A stretch of DNA of 64,000 nt from Phycisphaerae bacterium (GCA_051955985.1 JBQCGD010000138.1:15786-79785); one strand, 5' to 3'. Shown: positions 1 through 9,449, numbered from the stretch's first letter. Translations and numbers: made by a program. Notes: generated by a model not told the origin, from the sequence alone.

Positions 1-2
1 AG

Positions 3-617
3 TATTGGCTGATTGGGCCGACGGAGGAGTTGAAGGAGGATTTGGTGACGTTGATGGTGGATCGGGCGTTGTTTGAGGAGGGGGAGGTGCCGCGGGGAGT
101 GGAGGGGTGGGAGCGGGTGAAGCATCGGGCGGCGACGCGGTTGTTTGACACGGGGGAGAAGGTGGCGGGGTTGATTGGGGAGATTCTGGAGCAGAACCAT
201 GCGTTGTCTTTGGCGATGGAGGATGCGTCGAGCAGTGCGACGACGGCGGATTTGCATGACCAGTTGGTGTATTTGTTGCCGAAGCATTTTGTGTTGAGCA
301 CGCCGGCGCGGTGGCTGGGGGAGTTGCCGCGGTATCTGGCGGGGATGCGGGTGCGGTTGGAGAAGTTGCGTGGCGGGGGGAGCGGGATTGTGGATCGGGA
401 TCTGGAGGGGATGGGGAAGGTGGCGCCGTTCTGGAATATGTACCTGGGGCGGAAAGCGGAGCATGAGGCGATTGGGTTGGGCGATCCGGAGTTGGAGTTG
501 TTTCGGTGGATGATTGAGGAGTATCGGGTGAGCTTGTTTGCGCAGGAGTTGGGGGTGTCGGTGGCGGTGTCGGAGCGGCGGTTGGAGCGGCAGTGGGAGA
601 AGGTGCGCAAGGCTTGA
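3..617 (+). CDS. hrpA: ATP-dependent RNA helicase HrpA, C-terminal part (DUF3418 region); 5' end outside the window
   Basis: Frame is open from the window edge; ends ELFRWMIEEYRVSLFAQELG...SERRLERQW, the typical HrpA C-terminus. Confidence 0.85.
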   Translation, partial: YWLIGPTEELKEDLVTLMVDRALFEEGEVPRGVEGWERVKHRAATRLFDTGEKVAGLIGEILEQNHALSLAMEDASSSATTADLHDQLVYLLPKHFVLSTPARWLGELPRYLAGMRVRLEKLRGGGSGIVDRDLEGMGKVAPFWNMYLGRKAEHEAIGLGDPELELFRWMIEEYRVSLFAQELGVSVAVSERRLERQWEKVRKA

Positions 618-623
618 GGCCTT

Positions 624-654
624 GAATGACGAAATTCGAATGACGAATGACGAA
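624..654. repeat. GAATGAC heptamer short tandem repeat (STRR2-like)
   Basis: gaatgacgaaattcgaatgacgaatgacgaa right after the hrpA stop; same family at 4196-4261. Confidence 0.85.
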
Positions 655-673
655 AGGGGGTGGGGCGGGTGGG

Positions 674-817
674 AACCGGGGTTTTGATAGCGCCCGTCGA
701 AGGTGATCAAGTTGTTTTTGGCGGAACCGCGTTTTTAGGGGCGCCAGCCGAAGACGATCAAGTTCGACGTTTTGAAAACCGCGTTTTTGATAGCGCCAGC
801 CGAAGATGATCAAGTTG
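674..817. repeat. Three imperfect ~41-bp direct repeats with 51-52 bp period
   Basis: Units start at 674, 725 and 777; consensus aaccgcgtttttgatagcgccagccgaagatgatcaagttg, with ~10-bp variable linkers. Confidence 0.85.
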
Positions 818-1164
818 TTGGGGAGGGCGGGAGGTGTGGGGAGGGGGAAGAATGCCAAGAAGTTGTTTGTGCGCGCGGTTGGCCCCCTACTCCGGCCGCG
901 ACAGGCATTGTGGGGAGTGAGTGGCTGGGCGCTGGCGGGATGTGGAGGGGTGAGATTGGATTGGTTTTGCGCATGGTGCTTCCATAGAGGGGGTGGTGCG
1001 CCCAGGTTGTGCGCACGGGGTGGCGGTGGAAGGTGGTAAGTTGGGTGGGGCGAGGGGATTGGGGTGTTGAGGGATTTCCGAGGGGGATTGTGAAATGTGG
1101 TATTTGTGCGCGCGTATATGTGGGAGGAGTTTGGAGCGCGGGCGGGGGTGCACGCATGCTGCAA

Positions 1165-1943
1165 TCAGCGGGATGGGAGGGTGTGGAGGCGGAGGCGGGT
1201 GAGGAGGTCGTGGAGGGCGGGGCGGGCGGTGGGGAGTTCGGGGAGGTGGGATTTTTCGTGGGCTTCGTTCAACATGGCTTCGAGGCGGTGGCGTTCTTGT
1301 TCGTGGAAGGTGAAGTCGTTATCGGGGAGGGTGGATTGTTCGGGGCCGGCGAGTTTGCGGGCGACGAGGTCGGGGATGTAAGGGAGTTGGAATTTTTGGT
1401 TGAGGGTGAGGAGGTTGGCTTCGATCTGGCCGGTCTGCATGAGGTGGATGCCGGTGAGGAGGACGCGGTAGACGTAGAGGAGGGGTTTGACGCGTTTTGG
1501 GGATTCTTTGGCGAAGAGTTTCCATTGGGTGTCGGTGAAGCCGAGGTAGTGGTGGGCGTGGTGTTTGGTGATGCAGGATTTGGCGATGTGTTTGAGTTCG
1601 TTGTGTTCGGGGGTGGTGTGGACGATGAGGGGGGAGAAGAGTTGTTCGAGGACGTAGCCGTTCTTTTTGAGGAGGAGGGAGAAGAATTTTTTGATGTCGT
1701 GGGAGACGATGTCGAATTCGATGCCTTCGGCGGCGGCGGTTTGTTTGTTGGAGAGTTCGATGGTTTGGAGTCCGTCGTCGAGGCCGAGGATTTCGGTGGC
1801 GGGGAGGATGTGGGCGCCGCGGAGGTCCCAGTCGGAGTCTGGGGAGGGGAAGCCGTAGAGGTGGGCGCCCGAGACGGTGGCGAAGAGGAGGGGGCGGGGT
1901 GGGAGGTTGCTTTGGCGTGGAGGCGGGGGTCGATGGTGAGCAT
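1165..1943 (-). pseudogene. Pol-beta superfamily nucleotidyltransferase (YcgL/RlaP-like, PF10127-type) with a 1-bp frameshift in a C-run near 1890 (real lesion or assembly error)
   Basis: MLTIDPRLHAKATSHPA in one frame continues as PLLFATVSGAHLYGFPSPDSDWDLRG...KPLLYVYRVLLTGIHLMQTG in another; that frame has no start codon of its own upstream. Confidence 0.8.
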
Positions 1944-1958
1944 GGGAAACACCGGATT

Positions 1959-2030
1959 AACCACAGAGGACACAGAGAGCACAGAGGACGACGGGGTGGT
2001 TCACAGATTACACGATTTGCACAGATTACG
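1959..2030. repeat. Intergenic 'CACAGAG/CACAGAT' 9-mer-type repeat element
   Basis: aaccacagaggacacagagagcacagagg ... cacagattacacgatttgcacagattac; related copies at 40586-40653 and 48828-48886. Confidence 0.7.
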
Positions 2031-2052
2031 AGACCTTTTTTTGTGGGAAAAT

Positions 2053-2095
2053 AACTGACATTTAACTGACGCTTATCTGACATGTCGGTTAAAAT
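2053..2095 (+). promoter_or_regulatory. Three 11-bp-periodic direct repeats (AACTGAC, AACTGAC, ATCTGAC) followed by a TAAAAT -10 box upstream of fic
   Basis: Repeats at 2053, 2064 and 2075; TAAAAT at 2090-2095; ATG at 2104. Confidence 0.6.
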
Positions 2096-2103
2096 GCGGA
2101 GGT

Positions 2104-3189
2104 ATGTTCGCACCGAATTATCGGATCACTCCGGGGATTGCGAAGGCGCTGATGTCGATTGAGGTGGATCGGCAGGCGGTGGCGGAGTTGCCGTTGGACG
2201 TGGAAGTATTGGCGAGTTTGCGGGAGTCCGCGCGGCTGACTTCGACGCATTATTCGACGCAGATAGAGGGGAATCGGCTGACGCAGGCGCAGGTGAGGGA
2301 GGTGGTGGAAGGGGAGGGCGTGCACCTGCCGGGGCGGGAGCGGGATGAGTTGGAGGTGCGGCACTATTATGCGGCGCTGGCGGAGGTGGAGCGGCTGGCG
2401 AAGCGGAAGGGGAAGTTGAGGGAGGAGGATGTGCGGCGGATTCATGGGCTAGTGATGCATGGGAGGTTGGCGGCGACGGCGTATCGGGATGGGCAGAATG
2501 TGATTCGTGACAGCGTGTCGCGGCGGATTGTGTATATGCCGCCGGAGGCGAAGGACGTTCCGCGGTTGGTGGGGGATTTGGTTGGGTGGATGAATAGGGA
2601 GATGGAGCGGGGCGAGTTGCCGGCGCCGTTGATTGCGGCGTTGGCGCATTATCAGTTTGCGACGATTCATCCGTATTATGATGGGAATGGGAGGACGGCG
2701 CGGCTGCTGGCGACGTTGATTCTGCATCGATCGGGGTATGGGCTCAAGGGGATTTACTCGCTGGATGAATATTATGCGAAGAATCTGGCGGGGTATTATG
2801 CGGCGCTGACGGTGGGGCCTTCGCACAACTATTACATGGGGAGGGAAGAGGCGGATGTGACGGGGTTTGTGGGTTATTTTTGCCAGGGGATGGCGGAGGC
2901 GTTCGGGGCGGTGCGGCGGCAGGCGATGCGGGCGGCCGAGCGCGGGGGTCGGGACCGTGCGCGGGAGATGGGGGAGTTGGATTTACGGGAGCGGCGGTTG
3001 TTGACGTTGTTCAAGCGGAAGCGGGTGGTGGGGTCGTTGGAAATGGCGAAGCATTTGGGGTTGAGTCATCGGACGGTTGTGGAGTATTGCCGGCGGTGGG
3101 TGCGGGAGGGGTTTTTGGAGATGGCGGATGCGTCGAGGAAGAAGCGGGCGTATCGGTTGGGGGCGGGGTATGGGGGGTTAGTGGAGTGA
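2104..3189 (+). CDS. Fic family protein (AMPylase fold) with internal inhibitory motif and C-terminal HTH
   Basis: HPYYDGNGRTAR Fic motif; STQIEGN matches (S/T)xxxE(G/N); C-terminal winged-helix-like region. Confidence 0.9.
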   Translation: MFAPNYRITPGIAKALMSIEVDRQAVAELPLDVEVLASLRESARLTSTHYSTQIEGNRLTQAQVREVVEGEGVHLPGRERDELEVRHYYAALAEVERLAKRKGKLREEDVRRIHGLVMHGRLAATAYRDGQNVIRDSVSRRIVYMPPEAKDVPRLVGDLVGWMNREMERGELPAPLIAALAHYQFATIHPYYDGNGRTARLLATLILHRSGYGLKGIYSLDEYYAKNLAGYYAALTVGPSHNYYMGREEADVTGFVGYFCQGMAEAFGAVRRQAMRAAERGGRDRAREMGELDLRERRLLTLFKRKRVVGSLEMAKHLGLSHRTVVEYCRRWVREGFLEMADASRKKRAYRLGAGYGGLVE

Positions 3190-3260
3190 GTCGATCGGGA
3201 GAGCGCCGGCGGACGCGGCGGTTAAAATCGCCGGCTAAACTGCGCGATTGCAGCCGGCGG

Positions 3261-4178
3261 TTAGATCATGGTGCGGCGGGCGTGGATTAGGTAGGCGTTG
3301 ATGGTTTCGTAGTCGGGGCGGTCGGGGAGTTGGGTCGTGAGGGCGGCGGTGTCGAATTCGTTGTGGAGTTGGAGACGCCATGCGTCGAGATCTTCCCAGG
3401 TGCGTTCGCCGCGTTTGATGGAGAGGAGGGTTTCGCGGTGTTGGTCGACGCGGACGGGGACGGAGCCGGTTTTTAAGGTTTCGATGCCGGCGAGGAGGAG
3501 GCGGAGGAGGTGCATGACGTGTTTCCATTTGACCTCGCCTTTGTTGCGGAGGTCGGATTGGAGTTTTTTGAATTGGGAGAGGACGTAGCCGTTGTAGGTT
3601 TGGTAGACGAGTTTGGAGAGGAAGGCGTGGCGGATGTGGAGGAGTTCTTCGCCGAGGGGGGTGAGGGTTTCGACGAGGGGGGAGTAGAGGCATTCGAGGA
3701 TGTTGGGGTTGGCTTTGAGGCCGAGGGTGAGGAATTTCTGGAGTTCCCAGTAGCATTCCTGGTTGGGGACGTTTTCGAGTTGTTCGGGGATTCCGTAGAG
3801 GGACCAGTGGAGGTCGGCGGGGGGGAGGTAGATTCCGCGGCGGTCGGTGTCGGAGGAGTCGGTGTCGAGGCCGTAGGCACGGGAGCCGATGATGCAGCGG
3901 TAGATGATGTGGTCGGTGAGGTTGTGCTGGGCGAGTTGGTTGGGGTGGGTGGTGTTGGATTGGAAGTCGCGGAGGGTGGTGAAGTCCTGGCGTTTGAGGG
4001 AGGCTTCGAAGCCGTCGGGGAAGCGGATGCGGTAGGCGTGGAGGTGATCGGCGGGTTGGGAGACGATGATGCCGACGGCGCCGATGGGGTGGAGGGGGTG
4101 GCCGGAGGGGGCCTTGATTTCGTGGTGAGAGACGATTTGGGTGCCGAGGGGGAGGATGGGGGTGTTGGAGTGGGGCAT
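3261..4178 (-). CDS. Pol-beta superfamily nucleotidyltransferase (PF10127/RlaP-like) with extra N-terminal domain
   Basis: IIGSRAYGLDTDSSDTDRRG (GS..DxD), KANPNILECLYS, KHVMHLLRLL. Confidence 0.85.
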   Translation of the reverse strand: MPHSNTPILPLGTQIVSHHEIKAPSGHPLHPIGAVGIIVSQPADHLHAYRIRFPDGFEASLKRQDFTTLRDFQSNTTHPNQLAQHNLTDHIIYRCIIGSRAYGLDTDSSDTDRRGIYLPPADLHWSLYGIPEQLENVPNQECYWELQKFLTLGLKANPNILECLYSPLVETLTPLGEELLHIRHAFLSKLVYQTYNGYVLSQFKKLQSDLRNKGEVKWKHVMHLLRLLLAGIETLKTGSVPVRVDQHRETLLSIKRGERTWEDLDAWRLQLHNEFDTAALTTQLPDRPDYETINAYLIHARRTMI

Positions 4179-4195
4179 GAAGGGATGATATGTGG

Positions 4196-4261
4196 GAATG
4201 ACGAATGACGAAATTCGAATGACGAATCAAATTCGAATGACTGAATGACTGAATGACGAAA
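4196..4261. repeat. GAATGAC heptamer short tandem repeat (STRR2-like)
   Basis: gaatgacgaatgacgaaattcgaatgacgaatcaaattcgaatgactgaatgactgaatgacgaa. Confidence 0.85.
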
Positions 4262-4293
4262 CGGGGCGGGCGCGGGTGCAATGTGTTTGCGGG

Positions 4294-4331
4294 CGTCCAT
4301 AATCCCCACGGCGTGGAAGCCGTGGGCTTGG
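4294..4331 (-). repeat. REP-like / IS200-IS605-end-like hairpin, copy 1
   Basis: Minus strand ccaagcccacggc-ttccac-gccgtggggattatggacg; further copies near 9553 and 42806. Confidence 0.75.
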
Positions 4332-4353
4332 AGGGTTGGGGTGTGGTTTGTAA

Positions 4354-5868
4354 TCAGAAGCCCTGGTGGTTGTGGGGGGAGAAGGTGTCGGGGGGGAGGA
4401 CCTGGGCGATGGAGAGGTCGGGGCGGGTGGAGAGTTCGAGGGAGGTGGGGAAGGGGGTGGGGGTGCCGGCGCGGTCGAAGAGGATGGCGACGACGGGGCG
4501 GTCGAAGCGTTTGGTGTCGCCCCCGCCCTCGCTGGCGGGGGAGACCACGCGGGCGGTTTCGCCGGAGGAGAGGAGGACCCAGGAGCCGATGGGGAAGAGT
4601 CCGACGGCGAAGAGGAAGGCGCGGGTGATGTGTTTGTCGTAGGCGTTTCTGGCGGCGCCGGTGATGATCTGGGAGACGGCATCGTGTGGGGCGAGGGCGG
4701 CGCGGTAGACGCGTGGGGAGCAGATGGCGGCGTAGGCATCGGCGATGGCGATGATGCGGGCGAATTCGTGGAGCCAGGGGGGCTTGCGGCCCTTGGGGTA
4801 GCCGGAGCCGTCGCAGCGTTCGTGGGACTGGTAGATGGGGAGGGAGATGCCGGCGGGGACGTAGGGGATTTTTTCGAGGAGGTCGAGAGCGAAGATGGGG
4901 TGGCGGTCGATTTCGTGGCGTTGGGGCTGGGTGAGGGGTCGGGGGTTGAGGAGGATGTCGCTGGGGACGCGGATGAGGCCGATGTCGTGGAGGAAGGCGG
5001 CGATGCCGAGGAGGCGCATTTGCGGTTCGGAGTAATGGAGTTGAGCGCCGATGGCGAGGGCGTTGAGGCAGACGTTGATGAGGTGATCGGCGCGGGGGTC
5101 TTCGTCGAGGGTTTCCTGCTGGACGAGGGCGGCGAGTTTGAGGAGGAAGTTGGAATCGCGGGTGAAGCCGACGATGACGCGGTCGACGATGTCGCGGATA
5201 TCGAGTTTGATGGTGCCGGCCTCGCGGAGGGTGCGGAGGAGAGCGTGGGCGTTGGTGCAGGCGTCGGTGCGGAGGTTGAGGATTTCGGTGCGGAGGGCGG
5301 GGGTGCGGTGGATGAGGCGGGTGAGGCGTTCGAGGAAGGGGGGCTGGTCGCGGGGGGTGTCGAGGAGGGGCGGTGCGGTGTCGAGTTCCTGATCGAGGGC
5401 GTCGGCGGCGCATTTACTGGCGGCGAGGGTGAAGTTGTCGAGTTCGCGGAGGGATTCGGCGCTGGTGGTCCAGACCTGTTTGATGTTGCAGCGGGCGAGG
5501 GTGTCGCGGTATTCGGCGTGGAAGATGTGGTTGCGGGAGAGGAGGACGATGCCATGGTCGTTGCAGATGTCCTGGGGGAGCGGATGGTTGATTTTGAGGG
5601 AGTCGATGGAGAGGGGGTAGAGGCCGGTGCGTTTTTTGAGGAGTGCGAGGTCGCTGGGATCGGCGCAGGCGTAGAGGCGGTGGATGTTGGCGGCTTTGAG
5701 GGCGTCGAGGTCTTGTTGGCGCAGGGTGTGTCCGGCGCGGAAGAGGAGCGTGCCGGTGCGATGGTGGAGGGATGAGGTGAGGGTCTCGCCGGGTTTTCGG
5801 GCGGCGAGGACGATTTCTTCCACGGGAAGGCTCCTGGGGTGAGCAGCGGTAATAAGGGTGACTGGCAC
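4354..5868 (-). CDS. HD-GYP domain protein (c-di-GMP phosphodiesterase-like); start approximate
   Basis: AFLHDIG, HPIFA, HERCDGSGYPKG, IIAIADAYAA, PRVYR. Confidence 0.9.
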   Translation of the reverse strand: MPVTLITAAHPRSLPVEEIVLAARKPGETLTSSLHHRTGTLLFRAGHTLRQQDLDALKAANIHRLYACADPSDLALLKKRTGLYPLSIDSLKINHPLPQDICNDHGIVLLSRNHIFHAEYRDTLARCNIKQVWTTSAESLRELDNFTLAASKCAADALDQELDTAPPLLDTPRDQPPFLERLTRLIHRTPALRTEILNLRTDACTNAHALLRTLREAGTIKLDIRDIVDRVIVGFTRDSNFLLKLAALVQQETLDEDPRADHLINVCLNALAIGAQLHYSEPQMRLLGIAAFLHDIGLIRVPSDILLNPRPLTQPQRHEIDRHPIFALDLLEKIPYVPAGISLPIYQSHERCDGSGYPKGRKPPWLHEFARIIAIADAYAAICSPRVYRAALAPHDAVSQIITGAARNAYDKHITRAFLFAVGLFPIGSWVLLSSGETARVVSPASEGGGDTKRFDRPVVAILFDRAGTPTPFPTSLELSTRPDLSIAQVLPPDTFSPHNHQGF

Positions 5869-6187
5869 TATATCGGCAGGGAGGGCGCGCGGGATAGAGG
5901 GGGAATGGGCGTTTTTGAGCTGAAAATGCAGATGGACAGGAGAAGGTGGACAAGCGTGTGTGCGGGGTTGTCCATCTTCTTTGCTCCATGTGTTGCGGCG
6001 GGGGCTCAAGTGTTGGCTTGCTTTTGCCGATGGATGAGTCTATCGTTGTTAATGCATTCACTTTGGGTGGGTGAGGAACGTCGGGGGGTTAGAGGTTTTT
6101 CCAGACGGTTTCTAATTTTCACAACGAGCAACCTCGGTATACTTGTGACGCGTGCGTCCGGCATTTTTCTGTGCAGAGGATGCATCA

Positions 6188-8890
6188 GTGGCTGACGCGC
6201 ACGTCGAGGAGATCAATTTGACAGAGCAGTATCACGAACCGATCATCAATTTTTTGAGCGACCGCAATGGGGAACCGGTGCGGGTCGCGGAACTGGCGGA
6301 GCGGTTGAACATTTCGCCGGAGGATCGGGGGGAATTTGAGCGAGCGGTGGATGAACTGGCATCGGCGGGACGTGTCGTTTACGGCACGGGGCGCATGATT
6401 GCGTTGCCGGCGCTGGGGAACCGGGTGACGGGGACGTATCGGCAGACGAGCCGGGGGTTCGGGTTTGTCATTCCGGATGAAGCGAACGCGCATGGGGATT
6501 TGTTTATTCCGCAGGGGGACAACCTGGATGCGGTGACGGGGGATTTTGTCGTTGCGAAGGTGATCGTGCGGGACAAATACGACACGCGCGACCGGCGGAA
6601 TGTTTCCGGGCGGATCGTGGAGATTCTGAAGCGGGCGACGAACAAGGTTGTCGGGACGCTGGCGAAGCAGAACGGGCGGTGGGTGGTCATTCCGGATGGG
6701 CATGTGTTCAAGACGCCGGTGGAGGTGCAGGACGTCACGGCGAAGAACGGGGCGGAGAACGACAAGGTTGTGCTGGAGATTTTGAAATATCCGCAAGGGG
6801 ATCAGCTCGCGCAGGGCGTGGTCACGGAGATCCTGGGGACGAAGGGGGAGCCGGAAGTTGAACTGCAGAGCGTGATTCGGCAGTTTGATTTGCCTTCGAA
6901 GTTTCCGGAAGAGGTGATGGCGCAGGCGCGGCAGGCGGCTCAGGGTTATGAGCCGGAGAAGTTTCTGGCCGGTGGGGATCGGGAAGATCTGCGGGACGAG
7001 TTGATCGTCACGATTGACCCGGACGATGCGCGGGATTTTGACGATGCAATTTCACTGAAACATTTGAAAGGCACCGCGCGGCACGACACGGAGGACATGG
7101 AGGAGCCGGACGTCGAGCAGTTGATGGAGACCGGCACCGGCGATGCGGTGTGGGAATTGGGCGTGCACATTGCGGATGTGTCTTCGTTCGTCGTGGTGGA
7201 GTCCACTATGGACCTGGAGGCGCGGGCGCGTGGGAACAGCACGTATTTTCCGGGGTATGTGATTCCGATGTTGCCGGAGGTGTTGTCGAACGGCGTGTGC
7301 TCACTGCAGGAAGCGCAGCCGCGGCTGACGAAGACGGCGTTTATCCGGTATGACGCGGCCGGCAGAGTTGTCGGAACGCGGTTTGCGAACACGATCATTC
7401 AGAGCAAGAAGCGACTGACGTACAAGCAGGCGCAGGCGATTATTGATGATGCGAAGGGGGTTGGGCAGCCGTACACGAAGGGGCTTTTGGAAGCGCCGCC
7501 GAATCCGAACGTGCCGGTGGTGACGCCGGAGGTGAAGAAGCTGCTGGTGCAGATGGATCGGTTGGCGCGGGTGATCCGGCAGCGGCGGTTGCAGGAGGGG
7601 ATGATCGTTCTGGATTTGCCGGAGGTGGAACTGGTCATCAATGAGGAAGGGCATGTTGTGGATGCCCGGCCGGAGGATGACTCGTTCACGCACAAGATCA
7701 TTGAGATGTTCATGGTGGAGGCGAACGAAGCGGTGGCGCGGTGGCTGACGAAGGCGGGGCTGCCGGTGCTGCGGCGGATTCACCCGGATCCGGATGCGAC
7801 GAGCACGGAGACGGTGCGGCAGTTCATGATGGTGGCGGGTCGGCGCGTGCCGAAGGTGCTGGACCGGAAGGCGCTGCAGGCGCTTTTGGACAGCGTGCGG
7901 GGGACGCCGATTGCGTATGCGGTGCATTTGGCGATTTTGAAGACGATGACGAGCGCGGAGTATTCGCCGCAGTCGATCGGGCATTACGCGCTGGCGAGCG
8001 ATAATTATGCGCACTTTACGAGCCCGATCCGGCGGTATGCGGATCTGGTGATTCATCGGTGTTTTGACGCGGTGATTGCGCGGCGGAAGCAGGAATCAAG
8101 AACCAAGAATAAAGAAGGGAAGCGCGGACGCCGCGGGCGTACGGCGGAAGCGGAGAGGCGGCAGGAAGCCCCTCCCCTGGAATTGAGCAGCGGGGAGCCG
8201 GGGAATCGGCGTGGGGCGGGGTTGATGCCGGAGTCGCTGGGGATGACGCCGGATTATGCGACGCTGGTGAATCTTGGGAAGCATTTGTCGTATACGGAGC
8301 GGCGGAGTTCGGATGCGGAGCGGGAGTTGCGGTCGGTGAAGGTGCTGCAGCTTCTGGCGGAGCACGTTGGCGATGTGATTGACGGCGTTGTTACCGGGGT
8401 CACGGGCTTCGGCGTGTTTGTGCAGTCGACGCGGTTTTTGGTGGAGGGGATGATCCGGGTAGCGGATTTGCCGGACGATTTCTGGCAGTTTGATGACCGG
8501 ACCGGGGTGCTGCGTGGGCAGCGGACAGGACGGCGGATTTCGCTGGGGGACCGGGCGCGGGTGCAGATCGTGAACGTGAATATCTCCTCGCGGCAACTGG
8601 ACTTGCGGCTATTGGAGCATGGTTCAAGCATTGGCGGGGATACGACGATGCGGCGGATGGAGCCGCGGCGGCAGCCGAAGCAGTTCGGCGCACCGGGCAC
8701 CCCCCCCACCGAGGAGCAGCAACTGGAACACGTTCGCAAAAAGAACCTGTCGAAGCGGCAGGACCGGAAGGAAAAGGCGCGGCAGCAGGCGCGGCAGGAG
8801 CGAAGAGGAGGCAGCGGCGGCGGGGGCGGGGGGCATGGCCAGGGAAAACAGGGCCGGCGAGGAAGAGGGCGTGGCCGATTCCGCCGGTAA
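6188..8890 (+). CDS. rnr: Ribonuclease R
   Basis: GFGFV cold-shock domains, TIDPDDARDFDDAIS, HIADVS, YAHFTSPIRRYADL, S1 domain and basic C-terminal tail. Confidence 0.95.
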   Translation: MADAHVEEINLTEQYHEPIINFLSDRNGEPVRVAELAERLNISPEDRGEFERAVDELASAGRVVYGTGRMIALPALGNRVTGTYRQTSRGFGFVIPDEANAHGDLFIPQGDNLDAVTGDFVVAKVIVRDKYDTRDRRNVSGRIVEILKRATNKVVGTLAKQNGRWVVIPDGHVFKTPVEVQDVTAKNGAENDKVVLEILKYPQGDQLAQGVVTEILGTKGEPEVELQSVIRQFDLPSKFPEEVMAQARQAAQGYEPEKFLAGGDREDLRDELIVTIDPDDARDFDDAISLKHLKGTARHDTEDMEEPDVEQLMETGTGDAVWELGVHIADVSSFVVVESTMDLEARARGNSTYFPGYVIPMLPEVLSNGVCSLQEAQPRLTKTAFIRYDAAGRVVGTRFANTIIQSKKRLTYKQAQAIIDDAKGVGQPYTKGLLEAPPNPNVPVVTPEVKKLLVQMDRLARVIRQRRLQEGMIVLDLPEVELVINEEGHVVDARPEDDSFTHKIIEMFMVEANEAVARWLTKAGLPVLRRIHPDPDATSTETVRQFMMVAGRRVPKVLDRKALQALLDSVRGTPIAYAVHLAILKTMTSAEYSPQSIGHYALASDNYAHFTSPIRRYADLVIHRCFDAVIARRKQESRTKNKEGKRGRRGRTAEAERRQEAPPLELSSGEPGNRRGAGLMPESLGMTPDYATLVNLGKHLSYTERRSSDAERELRSVKVLQLLAEHVGDVIDGVVTGVTGFGVFVQSTRFLVEGMIRVADLPDDFWQFDDRTGVLRGQRTGRRISLGDRARVQIVNVNISSRQLDLRLLEHGSSIGGDTTMRRMEPRRQPKQFGAPGTPPTEEQQLEHVRKKNLSKRQDRKEKARQQARQERRGGSGGGGGGHGQGKQGRRGRGRGRFRR

Positions 8891-8945
8891 AGGTTAGAAT
8901 GGCAACCCACGGTTCGCTCTGAAGATGGCGTTGGAGACCGGGACC

Positions 8946-9395
8946 ATGAGAAAGATGATCGGCCTGATGGTGGTGGCGGCGCTGGCGGGATGCCAGAGCT
9001 CGAAGACCCTTGTGGACAACAGCGTTGCGGCGCAGATGGCGCGCAGCCTTCCGCAGGGGAGCGTGTCGGCGAACAGCGCCCAAGCGGCGCAGGCGATTTC
9101 GGCGGCGCAGGGGCTGAACAACAATCAGCAGGTGGCGAACATTCTCGCGGGTCTTGCGGCGGCGAACCAGGCGGCCACGGAGAAGAAGACGACCAGCGGC
9201 GTGCCGACGACGCTGACGATTGGCGACCTGGTGAATGCGTTCAACCATGGAGCGGCGCAATCGGCGGCGAAGGCATCGCAGCCGAAGATCGGGATCGGTC
9301 CGGGGGTAGTGGGGCCGGGGCCGGTGTTCGGGCCGACGACGAACGGGCAGAGTCTGCAGGTGCAGATGGTGCCGGCGTTGACCACGCCGTATTGA
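8946..9395 (+). CDS. Hypothetical lipoprotein, Ala/Gln-rich
   Basis: Signal peptide with lipobox LAGC; codon usage matches neighbours. Confidence 0.7.
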   Translation: MRKMIGLMVVAALAGCQSSKTLVDNSVAAQMARSLPQGSVSANSAQAAQAISAAQGLNNNQQVANILAGLAAANQAATEKKTTSGVPTTLTIGDLVNAFNHGAAQSAAKASQPKIGIGPGVVGPGPVFGPTTNGQSLQVQMVPALTTPY

Positions 9396-9396
9396 G

Positions 9397-9449
9397 GGGG
9401 ACTGGGGACTGGGGACTGGGGACTGGGGACTGGGGACTGGGGACTGGGG
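9397..9449. repeat. (GGGGACT)x7+GGGG heptamer array (STRR1-like, G-quadruplex-capable)
   Basis: Perfect tandem array starting right after the stop codon at 9395. Confidence 0.95.

Noticed and set aside
674-817. Possible mini-CRISPR array
   Set aside because: Repeats are degenerate, spacers are only about 10 bp, and no cas genes are present; kept only as an unexplained repeat.
1009-5775. Long ORFs such as 1009-2058(+), 3235-4281(-), 3473-5413(-), 4227-5555(-) and 4366-5775(+)
   Set aside because: Shadow frames of real genes. The extreme strand skew removes stop codons and yields low-complexity G/E/V or P/R/S/T translations with no motifs.
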